Below, one piece after another: positions 19,459-29,177 of a stretch of 64,000 nucleotides of DNA; the first letter of the stretch is position 1; each line of letters begins with the position of its first letter. Location of the stretch: positions 128 to 64,127 of the forward strand of contig JAPOTT010000011.1 in NCBI GenBank assembly GCA_026709025.1, written 5' to 3'. The notes beneath the pieces are model-generated. The model did not search any database and had not been told where the DNA came from. It was given only the letters and a program-made list of their open reading frames with translations. The position numbers were made by a program, and so were the translations under genes. This stretch comes from a bacterium (GTDB taxonomy: Bacteria; Actinomycetota; Acidimicrobiia; Acidimicrobiales; Bin134).

Positions 19459-20070
19459 CTTTACGGCCACATAGACAGCTTCGGCCACTTCGTCCACATT
19501 GCCCATCCCGTTGATCACCACCCAGTGCTTTGGGTCTTGGGCAGCTAGCGTGCGGTAGCCCTGCATCACCCGGTGGTGGAAGCCGTTGCCCTCGGCTTCG
19601 ATGCGGTCGCTTGGTGCTGCTTGACGCTGTAGTGCTGTGTGGCTATCTACCTCTAACAACACCGTGAGATCGCATGTAAGGCCCGCAGTGGCGAACTCAG
19701 ATATGGCAAGAATCTCGGTGGTTCCTAGCTGCCTAGCGATGCCTTGATAGGCCAAAGAGGAGCCAATGTAGCGGTCGGTAACCACGTGGGTGCCACCATC
19801 TAGGGTTGGGCGGATTACCTCGGCTACGTGTTGGGCTCTGTCGGCTGCAATCAACAAAGCCTCGGCACGCGCAGTAGGTTGCGGCCCGCTGGAGTTCAGC
19901 ACTAAGGAGCGAATGTGGTTTCCTAGCTCAGTAGCGCCCGGTTCAAAGCTAAGTTGTGCGCCAATGCGCTCGGCTAACAGGCGCGCTTGGGTTGTTTTTC
20001 CAGCGGCCTCTCCGCCTTCGAATGCTATTAATCGCCCTTTGGCTGCTGTGTTCGTGGCTGCTGTGTTCAT
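19441..20070 (-). CDS. tmk: Thymidylate kinase
   Basis: IAFEGGEAAGKTTQ, FEPG, AADRAQH, VVTDRYIGSSLAYQG. Confidence 0.96.
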   Translation of the reverse strand: MNTAATNTAAKGRLIAFEGGEAAGKTTQARLLAERIGAQLSFEPGATELGNHIRSLVLNSSGPQPTARAEALLIAADRAQHVAEVIRPTLDGGTHVVTDRYIGSSLAYQGIARQLGTTEILAISEFATAGLTCDLTVLLEVDSHTALQRQAAPSDRIEAEGNGFHHRVMQGYRTLAAQDPKHWVVINGMGNVDEVAEAVYVAVKERLNV

Positions 20071-21467
20071 CGTGAAACCTCTGAGGCTGGTGCTGGCGAT
20101 TTACGCATCGAGGTTAACGTCAGCAATCCTGCAGCCACTATAATCAGAGCAGCCAACCACATTGTGAGGCGCACTCCAGGGATGATGATGTGAAAACCAA
20201 AGATGTTCACATCTTTGTCGAAGAACTTGTCGGACAGTCCATTTAAGAACAGTGCTAAGGCTGGCCCCACCAGCAATGCCATCATCACCGATGACCGAAC
20301 TAGCGTAAACAGCCCAGCAAACACTCTAGCCCGTAGGTCTTCTGTGGCGTGTTCTTGGAGCAATGTGAAGCCCAACACATACACAGTGCCAGCACACACG
20401 CCCAAACCACCAACCAACAGCGCTGCGCCTAGCAGCGTCCACATAGAAGTAGCCAAAAACAAGCACACCCCTGCTCCAAATACGGCGGCCACAAACACTC
20501 GTTCTTTTTGGAGCTTGTTTTGGCGGGCGGTTAGCAGGGCAACCCCCCAAGCTACGCCAATGCCTAATGCCACCATGAAAGCTCGGAAGCCATCGCCTTG
20601 GTCTACCTTTAGAACGTCTTCGGCAAACACAGGTCCCAGGGGAATAACCATACCGCCGCCTATCAGCCCTACTGCTAGGGCGATGTTTACCATCCGTACT
20701 GTGGGGTTGATGAAGATGTAGCTCCAGCCTTCGCGTAAATCTCCAAATACCTCAGACGGCGACCATACCTTCGTAGCTTCAGCGTCGCTTACGCGATATA
20801 TGCGATGGTCTGTTTCTGATAACAAAGCACGGGGTAGGGCTAAGGTGGCGATGATGGCTGCAGAGGTTGCAAAGGTGAGCGCATCAATGTAAAAAGCCAA
20901 CGACTCGGCATCTATGCGCAAAACATCTAGCACAGCTATGTGCTCTAAAACAGACGCTAAGCCTGCTAAGCCAATGGATACTGCCGCGGCAACGGGGAAG
21001 GTGCCATAAGCGGCCACTAGTGAGAGCGAGTTTACTGCGGTGAGCTTTTCAAGCGGTACTAGGTTTGGCACTGAGGCTTCTTTGGCTGGTGCCCATAACA
21101 AAGCAAACACCTCCAACAACAAAGAGGCCAGAACAAGCTGCCACACAAAATCTACAAAAGGCAACCACAGCAAGGTGGCTGCACGGCCTATGTCGCAAGC
21201 TATCATGGTGCGTTTGCGATCCCAGCGATCTACCAGCACGCCTGCTGCTGATCCGAAGATGAGCCCGGGAAAAAAGCGCGCAATCATCACATAGGCCACA
21301 GAAGCCTCTGGTGTGCCCCCGCCGATGCGCTCGGCTGTAATCAATATGGCAAAGAGCCCCAACCAGTCGCCACATGATGACAGCACCTGAGCAATCCATA
21401 GCCTGAAGTACTGCGTGCTGCCGAACACCCTTTGGGTGCGGGTTTCTAGCGGCCCTTCACTTTCCAT
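20067..21467 (-). CDS. MFS transporter (the type found upstream of or fused to tmk in actinobacteria)
   Basis: About 12 hydrophobic segments; GVLVDRWDRKR MFS motif A; 4-nt overlap with tmk. Confidence 0.88.
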   Translation of the reverse strand: MESEGPLETRTQRVFGSTQYFRLWIAQVLSSCGDWLGLFAILITAERIGGGTPEASVAYVMIARFFPGLIFGSAAGVLVDRWDRKRTMIACDIGRAATLLWLPFVDFVWQLVLASLLLEVFALLWAPAKEASVPNLVPLEKLTAVNSLSLVAAYGTFPVAAAVSIGLAGLASVLEHIAVLDVLRIDAESLAFYIDALTFATSAAIIATLALPRALLSETDHRIYRVSDAEATKVWSPSEVFGDLREGWSYIFINPTVRMVNIALAVGLIGGGMVIPLGPVFAEDVLKVDQGDGFRAFMVALGIGVAWGVALLTARQNKLQKERVFVAAVFGAGVCLFLATSMWTLLGAALLVGGLGVCAGTVYVLGFTLLQEHATEDLRARVFAGLFTLVRSSVMMALLVGPALALFLNGLSDKFFDKDVNIFGFHIIIPGVRLTMWLAALIIVAAGLLTLTSMRKSPAPASEVSR

Positions 21468-21534
21468 GCTGCGCCACCTTCGTTGTTTTTAGGCACTTGC
21501 CTAAGGTTAGTGGGGTGCTAGGTTTTCTGGCCCA

Positions 21535-24342
21535 CTAGGATTTTTTGCTCTGAGGCTGCTTCGCTTTAGCAGGCTTTTTGGCTTTAGTGGGCTTTTTGGT
21601 GCGCCCTGAGGTTTTGCGGGCGGGCTTTTTGGGGCCGCCATCTGCTGCGATCCTGTCGCGGCGCCGTTGTAATAGCTCGGCGGCCCTTTCTATGGTTAGA
21701 GATTCCACAGCATCGCCTTTGTTTAGCGATGCATTGACGGTTCCGTCGGTAACATAGGGGCCGAATCTGCCATCTTTCACCACCATTGGTTCTTCGGTAT
21801 TTGGATCTGGGCCTATAACCCGCAACGGTGGCTTGGGGGTTTGCCCCCGGCGGCGGCGGGGCTGTGCCAACAAGGCCAAGCATTCCTCTACGGTGACATC
21901 AAAAATCTTGTCCTCAGAATCTAGGCTGCGGGTTTCTGTGCCTTTGGTGATGTAGGGGCCGTAGCGACCGTTTTGCGCCAAGATCTCTTCTTGGTCTGTT
22001 GGGTCTGTGCCCACAACTCGGGGTAGCGACAACAGCTTGAGGGCATCTTGCAGGGAAACCTCATCAAGCAACATAGAGCTAAACAGGGAAGCTCGTTTGG
22101 GTTTCTCAGCAACACTTTTTGAGCCTTTGTCTGTGCTAGAGGCGGTGGTATCGGGATCTCTGCCTAGCTGCACATAGGGGCCAAAACGGCCGTTACGTGC
22201 TAGCACCACCAAACCGGTTTCGGGGTCTTCGCCTAGTTCTCTGTCGCTTGTTGGTGCGGCGATGTACTCAAGAGCTTTCTGCACGGTTAACTCGTCTGGG
22301 GGCAGGTCGTCGGGCACGTTGGCTCGGTCTTCGCCGCATTGCACATAAGGGCCGAAGCGTCCCACTCTTGCTACCACTGCTTGGCCGTTGTGTTCTCCTA
22401 TTGGAATGGTGTTCACGGCGCGGGCATCAATCTCAGCTAGTCGATCAGATACAGCAGTGCGGAGTCCGTACTTGGCTACTCCGTGAGCCGAAGTGTTTTC
22501 TGCTTCGTCTTTGTTGGGCCCGAAATAGAAGCGACTCAACCATGGTATGGCTTCATGGTTACCGGCAGCTATGGCATCTAGGTCGTCTTCCATCTGCGCG
22601 GTAAAGGTGTAGTCCACCAGGTTGGGAAAGTGCTTTTCCAACAGGTTGATAACCGAAAAAGCTGTGAAGGAAGGTACCAAAGCAGCGCCCTTTTTCCACA
22701 CGTAGCCCCTATCTACGATGGTGTTCATTATTGCCGCGTAGGTAGAAGGCCGGCCCACGCCTAGTTCTTCTAAGCGTCGCACCAGCGATGCCTCAGTAAA
22801 ACGCGCCGGGGGCTGCGTGCTGTGACCCTCAGGCATCACGGCTACCACGCCTAGCTTATCTTGGGCTTGCAGGGCAGGCATTCGGCTCTCTTTTGTGGCA
22901 TCGGCAGAGCCGTTCGATGGGGTGTTGGCATCTTGGGCGTTGTTTGCCTGTTCGGTTTCTTCGTCGTTGCCTTCGCTATAGACACGCCTAAAGCCTTCAT
23001 GGCTGATCACCGTGCCAGCAGCCTTGAACAACACGTCTTGGCCCGCTTGAGTTGTACCCCCAAAATCCACGTGAGCGGTTTCGCCAACCCTATCGGTCAT
23101 CTGCGAAGCCAAGGTGCGCTGCCAGATCAGCTCATACACTTGCGCTTCTAGCCGAGGCACTTCTGCGGCAACCTCTGTTGGTGATCTAAAACGTGCCCCA
23201 GATGGGCGAATAGCTTCGTGAGCTTCTTGGGCATTTTTCACCTTCTTGGCGTATCTGCGGGGCTCATTGGGCAGATACTCTTTGGAAAATCGCTCTAGCA
23301 CCGCTGCTCTAGCAGCTTGGAGGGCATCATCAGACAAGGTGGTGCTGTCGGTACGCATGTAGGTGATGTAGCCCTTTTCATATAAGGACTGTGCTGTTCG
23401 CATTGCCATAGCCGCCGACAGACGCAGCTTTCGCCCCGCTTCTTGCTGAAAGGTGGAGGTCATAAAAGGTGCAGCAGGTCGGCGACGATAGGGTTTTACC
23501 TCCACGTTGCGAACTTGTAGCTCTTGGCCTTCCAACCCCACAGCCACAGACCGCGCTAGCTCTTCATCTAGGCAGATCAGATCATCACTGCGGAGTTGGC
23601 CCTGGGCATCAAAGTCTCTACCGGTTGCTACCTTGATGTTATCTATGGCGCTTAGCGAGGCTGAAAACTGCTTGGGGTCGCCATCTGTGCGTGGATTTAG
23701 CACCGAGAACTCTCCCACCAACCCCCAGTAATCGGCCTCGTTGAACGCAATGCGCTCTCGTTCACGATCCACCACAATGCGAGTAGCCACGCTCTGTACG
23801 CGCCCAGCAGATAGCTTGGGCAGTACCTTGCGCCAGAGCACCGGCGACACTTCGTAGCCGTACAGACGATCCAGCAGGCGGCGCGCCTCTTGAGCATCTA
23901 CGAGGCGTCTATCTAGCATGCGAGGCGACTCAATGGCCGACTGAATGGCTGAGGGGGTAATTTCGTGGAACACCATCCGCTTCACAGCCACGTTGGGTTT
24001 GGGAGACAGTACCTCTAGGAGGTGCCAAGCGATGGCCTCGCCCTCGCGATCTTCGTCAGTAGCAAGGTACAGCTCATCGGATGTCTTCAACAGGTCTTTC
24101 AACTTTTTGATTTGCTGTTTTTTGTTAGAGGGCACCACATAGAGCGGCTTGAAGTCGTTGTCTACGTCTATGCCGAGGCGCGCCCAGCTTTCGTTGCGAT
24201 AGGCAGCTGGGATTTCGCTGGCCTTTCCCGGTAGATCCCGTATGTGGCCGATGGAGGATTCCACCTTATAGCCATCACCTAAATAACCCGCGATGGTTTT
24301 AGCCTTGGCGGGAGATTCAACAATTACTAGCGCGTTAGGCAC
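21535..24342 (-). CDS. topA: DNA topoisomerase I (type IA)
   Basis: LVIVESPAKAKTI, ATDEDREGE, SAGRVQS, ITYMRTDS (catalytic Tyr), GRFGPYV C-terminal repeats, Lys-rich tail. Confidence 0.98.
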   Translation of the reverse strand: MPNALVIVESPAKAKTIAGYLGDGYKVESSIGHIRDLPGKASEIPAAYRNESWARLGIDVDNDFKPLYVVPSNKKQQIKKLKDLLKTSDELYLATDEDREGEAIAWHLLEVLSPKPNVAVKRMVFHEITPSAIQSAIESPRMLDRRLVDAQEARRLLDRLYGYEVSPVLWRKVLPKLSAGRVQSVATRIVVDRERERIAFNEADYWGLVGEFSVLNPRTDGDPKQFSASLSAIDNIKVATGRDFDAQGQLRSDDLICLDEELARSVAVGLEGQELQVRNVEVKPYRRRPAAPFMTSTFQQEAGRKLRLSAAMAMRTAQSLYEKGYITYMRTDSTTLSDDALQAARAAVLERFSKEYLPNEPRRYAKKVKNAQEAHEAIRPSGARFRSPTEVAAEVPRLEAQVYELIWQRTLASQMTDRVGETAHVDFGGTTQAGQDVLFKAAGTVISHEGFRRVYSEGNDEETEQANNAQDANTPSNGSADATKESRMPALQAQDKLGVVAVMPEGHSTQPPARFTEASLVRRLEELGVGRPSTYAAIMNTIVDRGYVWKKGAALVPSFTAFSVINLLEKHFPNLVDYTFTAQMEDDLDAIAAGNHEAIPWLSRFYFGPNKDEAENTSAHGVAKYGLRTAVSDRLAEIDARAVNTIPIGEHNGQAVVARVGRFGPYVQCGEDRANVPDDLPPDELTVQKALEYIAAPTSDRELGEDPETGLVVLARNGRFGPYVQLGRDPDTTASSTDKGSKSVAEKPKRASLFSSMLLDEVSLQDALKLLSLPRVVGTDPTDQEEILAQNGRYGPYITKGTETRSLDSEDKIFDVTVEECLALLAQPRRRRGQTPKPPLRVIGPDPNTEEPMVVKDGRFGPYVTDGTVNASLNKGDAVESLTIERAAELLQRRRDRIAADGGPKKPARKTSGRTKKPTKAKKPAKAKQPQSKKS

Positions 24343-24408
24343 GGTGAGAAAGTAGGGGCTGAAGTGGTACTGATGTCAAGCAGAAAGAACATTTGTGTTT
24401 AGCTTGGC

Positions 24409-25803
24409 TCATGGTTTTGGTTTCTCTGGGTGCTTGGGGGGTTGGGTTTTGGGGTTGTTTTGAGGTTGGTGTTGGAGGCTGTTTTCGGGCCGTTTTTGGG
24501 TGCGCGCTAAGATTACCAAGCCTGCCACGGCTGCAATTAGCGAGCCCATCAATATTCCGATCTTAGACTCGTCGGCAATTGCCTGTTCGCCAAAGGCTAG
24601 CCGGGAGATGAACAGCGATACCGTGAAGCCTATGCCCGCTACCATCGCTACTCCTAACATGTGCGTTCCAGCTAGAGACTTAGGAATGGTCACCCAGCCT
24701 AAGCGATGGGCAACCCATGAAAATAGGGTAATCCCCACCGTTTTGCCAGCAACTAGCCCTACTGCCACGCCAAGCGTGATGGGTGAGGTGACAGCATCTG
24801 CCAAGAGGTCGCCCGAAAGCTCCACGCCCGCAGCCGATAGGGCAAAAACCGGAATGATGATGTAGCTGGTGATGGGTTGCAGCAGTTCTTGAATCCGCAG
24901 GCTCACCGGTTGAGACTCGCGAATATGAAAGCCCACCCGGCGCACTTCATCTAAGTGAACCACATCTTGCATCTGTAGCCAGCTTGCCCAGCGTCGCGCA
25001 TCGTCTTCGGATTCCAACGGCTTAGCAGGAGTAAGCAGCCCTAAAATCACCCCTGCAATAGTGGCGTGTACTCCCGACTCCAGCACTGCAAGCCAAAAGG
25101 CCACTCCGATTACCATGTACACGGGCAGGTACCACACATGCAGTTGGCGCAAAATCAAGATGCCGCCTAGCAAGATGCCCGCAGTTAGTAGCCAGTTGCC
25201 CGATAGGTCGCTGGTGTAGTAGGTAGCGATCACCAAGATGGCACCTATGTCGTCTACGATGGCCAAAGTTAACAAGAAGACCTTCATCTGACTAGGGATA
25301 CGATTGCCTAACAGCGACAAAACACCTACGGCAAAAGCAATATCGGTAGCCATGGGTATGCCCCAACCATCTTGGCCTTCGCCGCCAGAGTTAAACGCCA
25401 AGTAGATGAGCGCTGGTACCACCATTCCGCCTAAGGCTGCCACCGCAGGTAACGCGGCAAAGCGAGGGTCGCGCAGCTGCCCAACCACTAGTTCTCTTTT
25501 TATCTCTAAGCCCACCACAAAAAAGAACACGGCCATGAGACCGTCTTGAACGACGTGTTCTAGGTCGTGTTCAAAGTGGTAGTCGGCCACTGAGAACGAA
25601 ATATGAGTGTGCCAGAAGTCGTAATAAGAGCCTTGCCATGGAGAGTTCACCCACACCAGCGCAGCTACTGTGGCGATCAGCATCAGCACTCCACCGGTGG
25701 CTTGGATGGCGGCAAAGTGATGGATGGGTCTGCCGATATATTTGGCTAACCTGCTAGAGCCGCCTAAGAAAGTCAGGTCGCTTAGCGGGTTTCTATCGGG
25801 CAT
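24409..25803 (-). CDS. nhaA: Na+/H+ antiporter NhaA
   Basis: DGLMAVFFFVVGLEIKRE, GWGIPMATDIAF, LAIVDDIGAI, GIGFTVSLFI. Confidence 0.96.
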   Translation of the reverse strand: MPDRNPLSDLTFLGGSSRLAKYIGRPIHHFAAIQATGGVLMLIATVAALVWVNSPWQGSYYDFWHTHISFSVADYHFEHDLEHVVQDGLMAVFFFVVGLEIKRELVVGQLRDPRFAALPAVAALGGMVVPALIYLAFNSGGEGQDGWGIPMATDIAFAVGVLSLLGNRIPSQMKVFLLTLAIVDDIGAILVIATYYTSDLSGNWLLTAGILLGGILILRQLHVWYLPVYMVIGVAFWLAVLESGVHATIAGVILGLLTPAKPLESEDDARRWASWLQMQDVVHLDEVRRVGFHIRESQPVSLRIQELLQPITSYIIIPVFALSAAGVELSGDLLADAVTSPITLGVAVGLVAGKTVGITLFSWVAHRLGWVTIPKSLAGTHMLGVAMVAGIGFTVSLFISRLAFGEQAIADESKIGILMGSLIAAVAGLVILARTQKRPENSLQHQPQNNPKTQPPKHPEKPKP

Positions 25804-25874
25804 CGGCCAAAAAAGGTAGTGGCTACAGCGCTGTATTGCTCAACTAAGCGCTGTATTGCTCAAATATAGGACAA

Positions 25875-26303
25875 TTACTGCACTTGAATGACCAAAGTCA
25901 CTCTTGTGCCGTCTGGGCTGCTGTGGATTTCTACCTCGTCTGTTAGCACCTTCATAAGGTAGATGCCGAGCCCACGTTCAAAGCTCAAGCGCTGCGGATC
26001 GTCGGGTTCGGGCAGTTTTTGCACCTGATCTGGGTAGAACCCCTTCCCTTTGTCTGTGATGTGGAACTCAATGCGACCGGGGCTGATGATGCAGTGAATC
26101 TTTATGGTCTCTTTGCTGCTAGCTCTGGTATGAGCTTCGATTGCATTGGTTGTGGCTTCAGATACTGCGATCTTGAAATCTTCAACCCGCGCGCGGCTGA
26201 GGGTGGTTTTGTTCTCGGCGGCTTCGGTTACTAGAGAGCGCACCATCGATAGGTATTCGGGCTTAGCTGGAATCTCAATATCAAAGCTGCTGGAGTCGTT
26301 CAC
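25875..26303 (-). CDS. rsbW: Anti-sigma factor / Ser kinase (RsbW-like HATPase)
   Basis: KIAVSEATTNAIEA, DKGKGF, ERGLGIYLM, GTRVTL. Confidence 0.88.
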   Translation of the reverse strand: MNDSSSFDIEIPAKPEYLSMVRSLVTEAAENKTTLSRARVEDFKIAVSEATTNAIEAHTRASSKETIKIHCIISPGRIEFHITDKGKGFYPDQVQKLPEPDDPQRLSFERGLGIYLMKVLTDEVEIHSSPDGTRVTLVIQVQ

Positions 26304-26309
26304 GGGGGC

Positions 26310-26768
26310 TTAGTTTTGTGCTTGTTCTGTGTGGGTGGGAGGCATGTTTTCGGTGTGGCCGGGAGTTTCGGGTAATGCATGGGTAGCGTCGGCCACCGAG
26401 CTAAAGACGCTGATTGCCTTGTTGAGCTTGGTTATCTCTAACAGCTCGGCAACTCTAGAGTTGCCCTGAACTAGGCGGATATCTCCTTTGGCGCTGCGTA
26501 CTCGCTTGACAGCACCTATAAGCACGCCTAGTCCTGTGGAGTCCATAAAGTCCACCTGCGAGAGATCTAGTACCACGTATGGATGTCCAGCATTGATCAC
26601 CTCCAACAGCTGTTGGCGAAAGCGCGGCGCGGTGGCCATGTCAATTTCACCTACAACAGATAGCACCTGCCATCTGTTAGGCGATGTCTTTTCACAAGAG
26701 GTGTCTTTGCCACCCGTAGCGTTTGTGGGCGTAGTTTCGCTTGATGTAACCGTAACGCTGAAGTCCAC
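26310..26768 (-). CDS. Anti-sigma factor antagonist (STAS; RsbV/BldG-like)
   Basis: GEIDMATAP, DLSQVDFMDSTGLGVL; position matches the actinobacterial bldG locus. Confidence 0.9.
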   Translation of the reverse strand: MDFSVTVTSSETTPTNATGGKDTSCEKTSPNRWQVLSVVGEIDMATAPRFRQQLLEVINAGHPYVVLDLSQVDFMDSTGLGVLIGAVKRVRSAKGDIRLVQGNSRVAELLEITKLNKAISVFSSVADATHALPETPGHTENMPPTHTEQAQN

Positions 26769-26826
26769 AGTATGAGCCTAGTGGCAGCTAGCTTGTTGCT
26801 TCGTTGCTCAAGCGCTGTTGGTTTGC

Positions 26827-27204
26827 TTATTCCACCCTTACCGTGAGTGCTTCGGTAATGGTTATGTTGGGGAAAAACCGCCCCACAACCGGTACTGTTG
26901 TTTTGGGTTTGTAGCTTACTTCTACTCGCAGGTGTTGGCCTGTGGCGCGCCCGCCTGAGGTAGTTACCGTGAGCCTGTTGGCATCTAGTGCAGATGCTGT
27001 TGCGGCAGCTGTTGTGGCCGCTTTCGTAGATGGCGTGATGGCGGCGGCACGGCCAGCTTCGCGGGCTGCATGCACCACCAAGATATGGTCGCGCACCAAA
27101 AGGCCCACTTGCACCAGCATAAGTATCACCGCCGCTAGCAGAGGCAACACCAGAGCTGTCTCTACCGCTGCTTGTCCTCGGTTGAGATGGTTGCAGTCAC
27201 TCAG
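26827..27204 (-). CDS. TadE-like pseudopilin (start approximate)
   Basis: RGQAAVETALVLPLL class III signal, HAAREAGRAAA. The longer 273-aa ORF call overlaps the pilin and tadC genes. Confidence 0.8.
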   Translation of the reverse strand: MSDCNHLNRGQAAVETALVLPLLAAVILMLVQVGLLVRDHILVVHAAREAGRAAAITPSTKAATTAAATASALDANRLTVTTSGGRATGQHLRVEVSYKPKTTVPVVGRFFPNITITEALTVRVE

Positions 27205-27263
27205 TTGATGGTTACCGGTGGTCAGCCGGTGCTTGTGGGCCGCTTGTTGGTGTTTTTGGGCAG

Positions 27264-27500
27264 CTAGCCGATGAGACCGGTTATGTGGCGAAACACCGCG
27301 TCTAGCAGGTTGGATATCCTGTTGGTGCCGGTTACCCAAGACACCAACAGCATTGCAACCGCAGCTGCACCCAACAGCACTAGGGCGTACTCGGCGGTGG
27401 CTTGCCCTCGCTGAGCTTTGTGGGTTTGGGCTTTGCACAGTTGGGCGTGGGCCTTGTGCAGCCAAGTGTGTAGTAGCAACAGCAACTTCAGCATCATCAT
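27264..27500 (-). CDS. Flp-type major pilin (DUF4244-like)
   Basis: RGQATAEYALVLLGAAAVA Flp signature, 78 aa. Confidence 0.85.
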   Translation of the reverse strand: MMMLKLLLLLHTWLHKAHAQLCKAQTHKAQRGQATAEYALVLLGAAAVAMLLVSWVTGTNRISNLLDAVFRHITGLIG

Positions 27501-27559
27501 TATTTGATCCTTTCGTTTGGAGTTTGGTCATAAGGGTTGTTGAACAGGGGCAGGGCAGC

Positions 27560-28384
27560 TCATAGCTCACTTCGCAGCATCGAGATTGTGTCGGCCAATA
27601 CCGGTGCCAATGTGAGCAACACAAAGGCCGGGAGGATGCAAAACACAAGCGGGCCTAGCAGCCGTAGGGGAAGCTTGCGGGCTAACTCCTCGGCGCGCCG
27701 CCTCCGCATCAGGCGGCTGTCTGCGGCGAGCTGCGCTAGAGCTGGCTCTAGGTCGGTGCCATAGCGGTCGCTGTCGATGAGCACTCTCACTAACGGGCGT
27801 ATCGGCTCGCCGACGGTGTGGGGCAAGGTTTCTAGGGCTTCCCCCAAGCGTTTGCCGCTGTCTACCTGTTGGGCTACGGAAGCCAAACCTCTGCCAACTG
27901 GCCCGAAAAGACGCTTGGCTACCGCCACCACCGACTGATGAATGTTCAAGCCCGAAGAGATAGCTAAACGCAGCAACTCGGTGGCTTCAGGCAACTCGTT
28001 GGTTATAGCTGCTTGTGCTTTGCGGTGTTGCTGAGCCCGTCGGCGCTGCGGCACAACCCAACAAGCAATGGCCATAGCTATCCCTAGAACGGGTTGAATA
28101 GCCATTACTGCTATTGCTGTTACTGCCAAAGCCACGGTGGCTGGTTTGATGGTTAGGGCCTTGTTGGAGTTTTTAGCGAGGGCCACCTCGTTGGCGTTGT
28201 AGGCATCGTGTGCATCGTGGGCGCTGCTGGCACTGTAGGCACTGTGGGCGCTGCTGGCACTGTGGGCATGATATGTGCTGTAAGCATCGTTAGCAGGTTT
28301 GCGAACTTGTTTGGGGCGGGCTTGCCAGCCCCAAAGCAGCACAATTACTACCCAGAGCAGGCCCAGAACAACAGGCAGGCTCAT
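27560..28384 (-). CDS. tadC: TadC-like T2SSF platform protein
   Basis: ELPEATELL, RYGTDL, RAEELARKLPLRLLGPLVFCILPA; His/Ser/Ala low-complexity insert from tandem duplication. Confidence 0.85.
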   Translation of the reverse strand: MSLPVVLGLLWVVIVLLWGWQARPKQVRKPANDAYSTYHAHSASSAHSAYSASSAHDAHDAYNANEVALAKNSNKALTIKPATVALAVTAIAVMAIQPVLGIAMAIACWVVPQRRRAQQHRKAQAAITNELPEATELLRLAISSGLNIHQSVVAVAKRLFGPVGRGLASVAQQVDSGKRLGEALETLPHTVGEPIRPLVRVLIDSDRYGTDLEPALAQLAADSRLMRRRRAEELARKLPLRLLGPLVFCILPAFVLLTLAPVLADTISMLRSEL

Positions 28385-28385
28385 G

Positions 28386-29177
28386 TCAAACTTCAGTACA
28401 CACAATCCGGCGCATCCAGAAAGCGCCGATTGCATCTAAGCCGAGGCCCAGCAACAATATGATGAGGCCAATTCGGGTGGTGAACAAAAAGCTGCCAGCA
28501 CGTTCGCCCGCAGAAGCGGACACTGTCAAAAAGCCCACCGGTAGTAGGGCAATTAGCCAAGCGGAGGCTTTGGCTTGTGAGGTAAGAGAGCGGGTTTCTG
28601 CTTCTAGGGCAATGCGGTCTCGCAGTGTTGTTGCCACAGCATCTATGGCTCGGGCCCTCGCTCCGCCTGCTGAGGCTGCAAAAGATATGGCCGCAGCCGC
28701 AAGCTGTGTTCCGCCTTCAGGTCTGCGACGGGCCCAGCGTTCGAACACATCAGAGTTACGTAGCCCCTGCTGTAAATCTGTAGCTAAAGGAGCTACCTCA
28801 GTTGCCAGAGGGGCTGGGCTGGTTGCAGCGGCTTCCACCGTAGCTGGGCCCAACTGCAGCCCGGTGCGTAACCCTCGGGCGATAGCTTCTAGAAACCCAG
28901 GAAGCTGTGCCTCAATCTTTTGGTCGCGGCGATGACGGTTCCCCCATAGCGCTGCTACTGCTGCAGTTTCTAACACAACAGCACCTAGCAGAGCTCCCAC
29001 CAGTCCAGCTTGCAATGCACCATATCCAGCGCCCAAGAGTGCTACAGCAGCTAAGCCTTGCCACAGCCGCGCCGGGGGCAGGTTAAGATCGGCTGCTTCG
29101 GCCATGGTCTGCAGCCGGTGGGTAGCCTGTGTAGCTAGCCAAGCCATTTTGGATCTGGTTTGGGGGTTTGGGGACAA
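28386..29177 (-). CDS. tadB: TadB-like T2SSF platform protein
   Basis: QLPGFLEAIARGLRTG, GGARARAIDAVA, LTSQAKASA. Confidence 0.85.
   Translation of the reverse strand: MSPNPQTRSKMAWLATQATHRLQTMAEAADLNLPPARLWQGLAAVALLGAGYGALQAGLVGALLGAVVLETAAVAALWGNRHRRDQKIEAQLPGFLEAIARGLRTGLQLGPATVEAAATSPAPLATEVAPLATDLQQGLRNSDVFERWARRRPEGGTQLAAAAISFAASAGGARARAIDAVATTLRDRIALEAETRSLTSQAKASAWLIALLPVGFLTVSASAGERAGSFLFTTRIGLIILLLGLGLDAIGAFWMRRIVCTEV

Noticed and set aside
21489-21504. TTAGGCA-ct-TGCCTAA palindrome as a DtxR/IdeR box
   Set aside because: Half-site spacing is 3 nt shorter than the 19-bp IdeR consensus. It lies just after topA and may simply be a terminator-like hairpin.
26827-27648. Long ORF-track calls such as 26827-27648, 14133-14705, 52959-55703 and 52371-52865 taken at full length
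   Set aside because: The extensions overlap other well-supported genes or a tRNA. Shorter starts with -10 or SD support were used instead.
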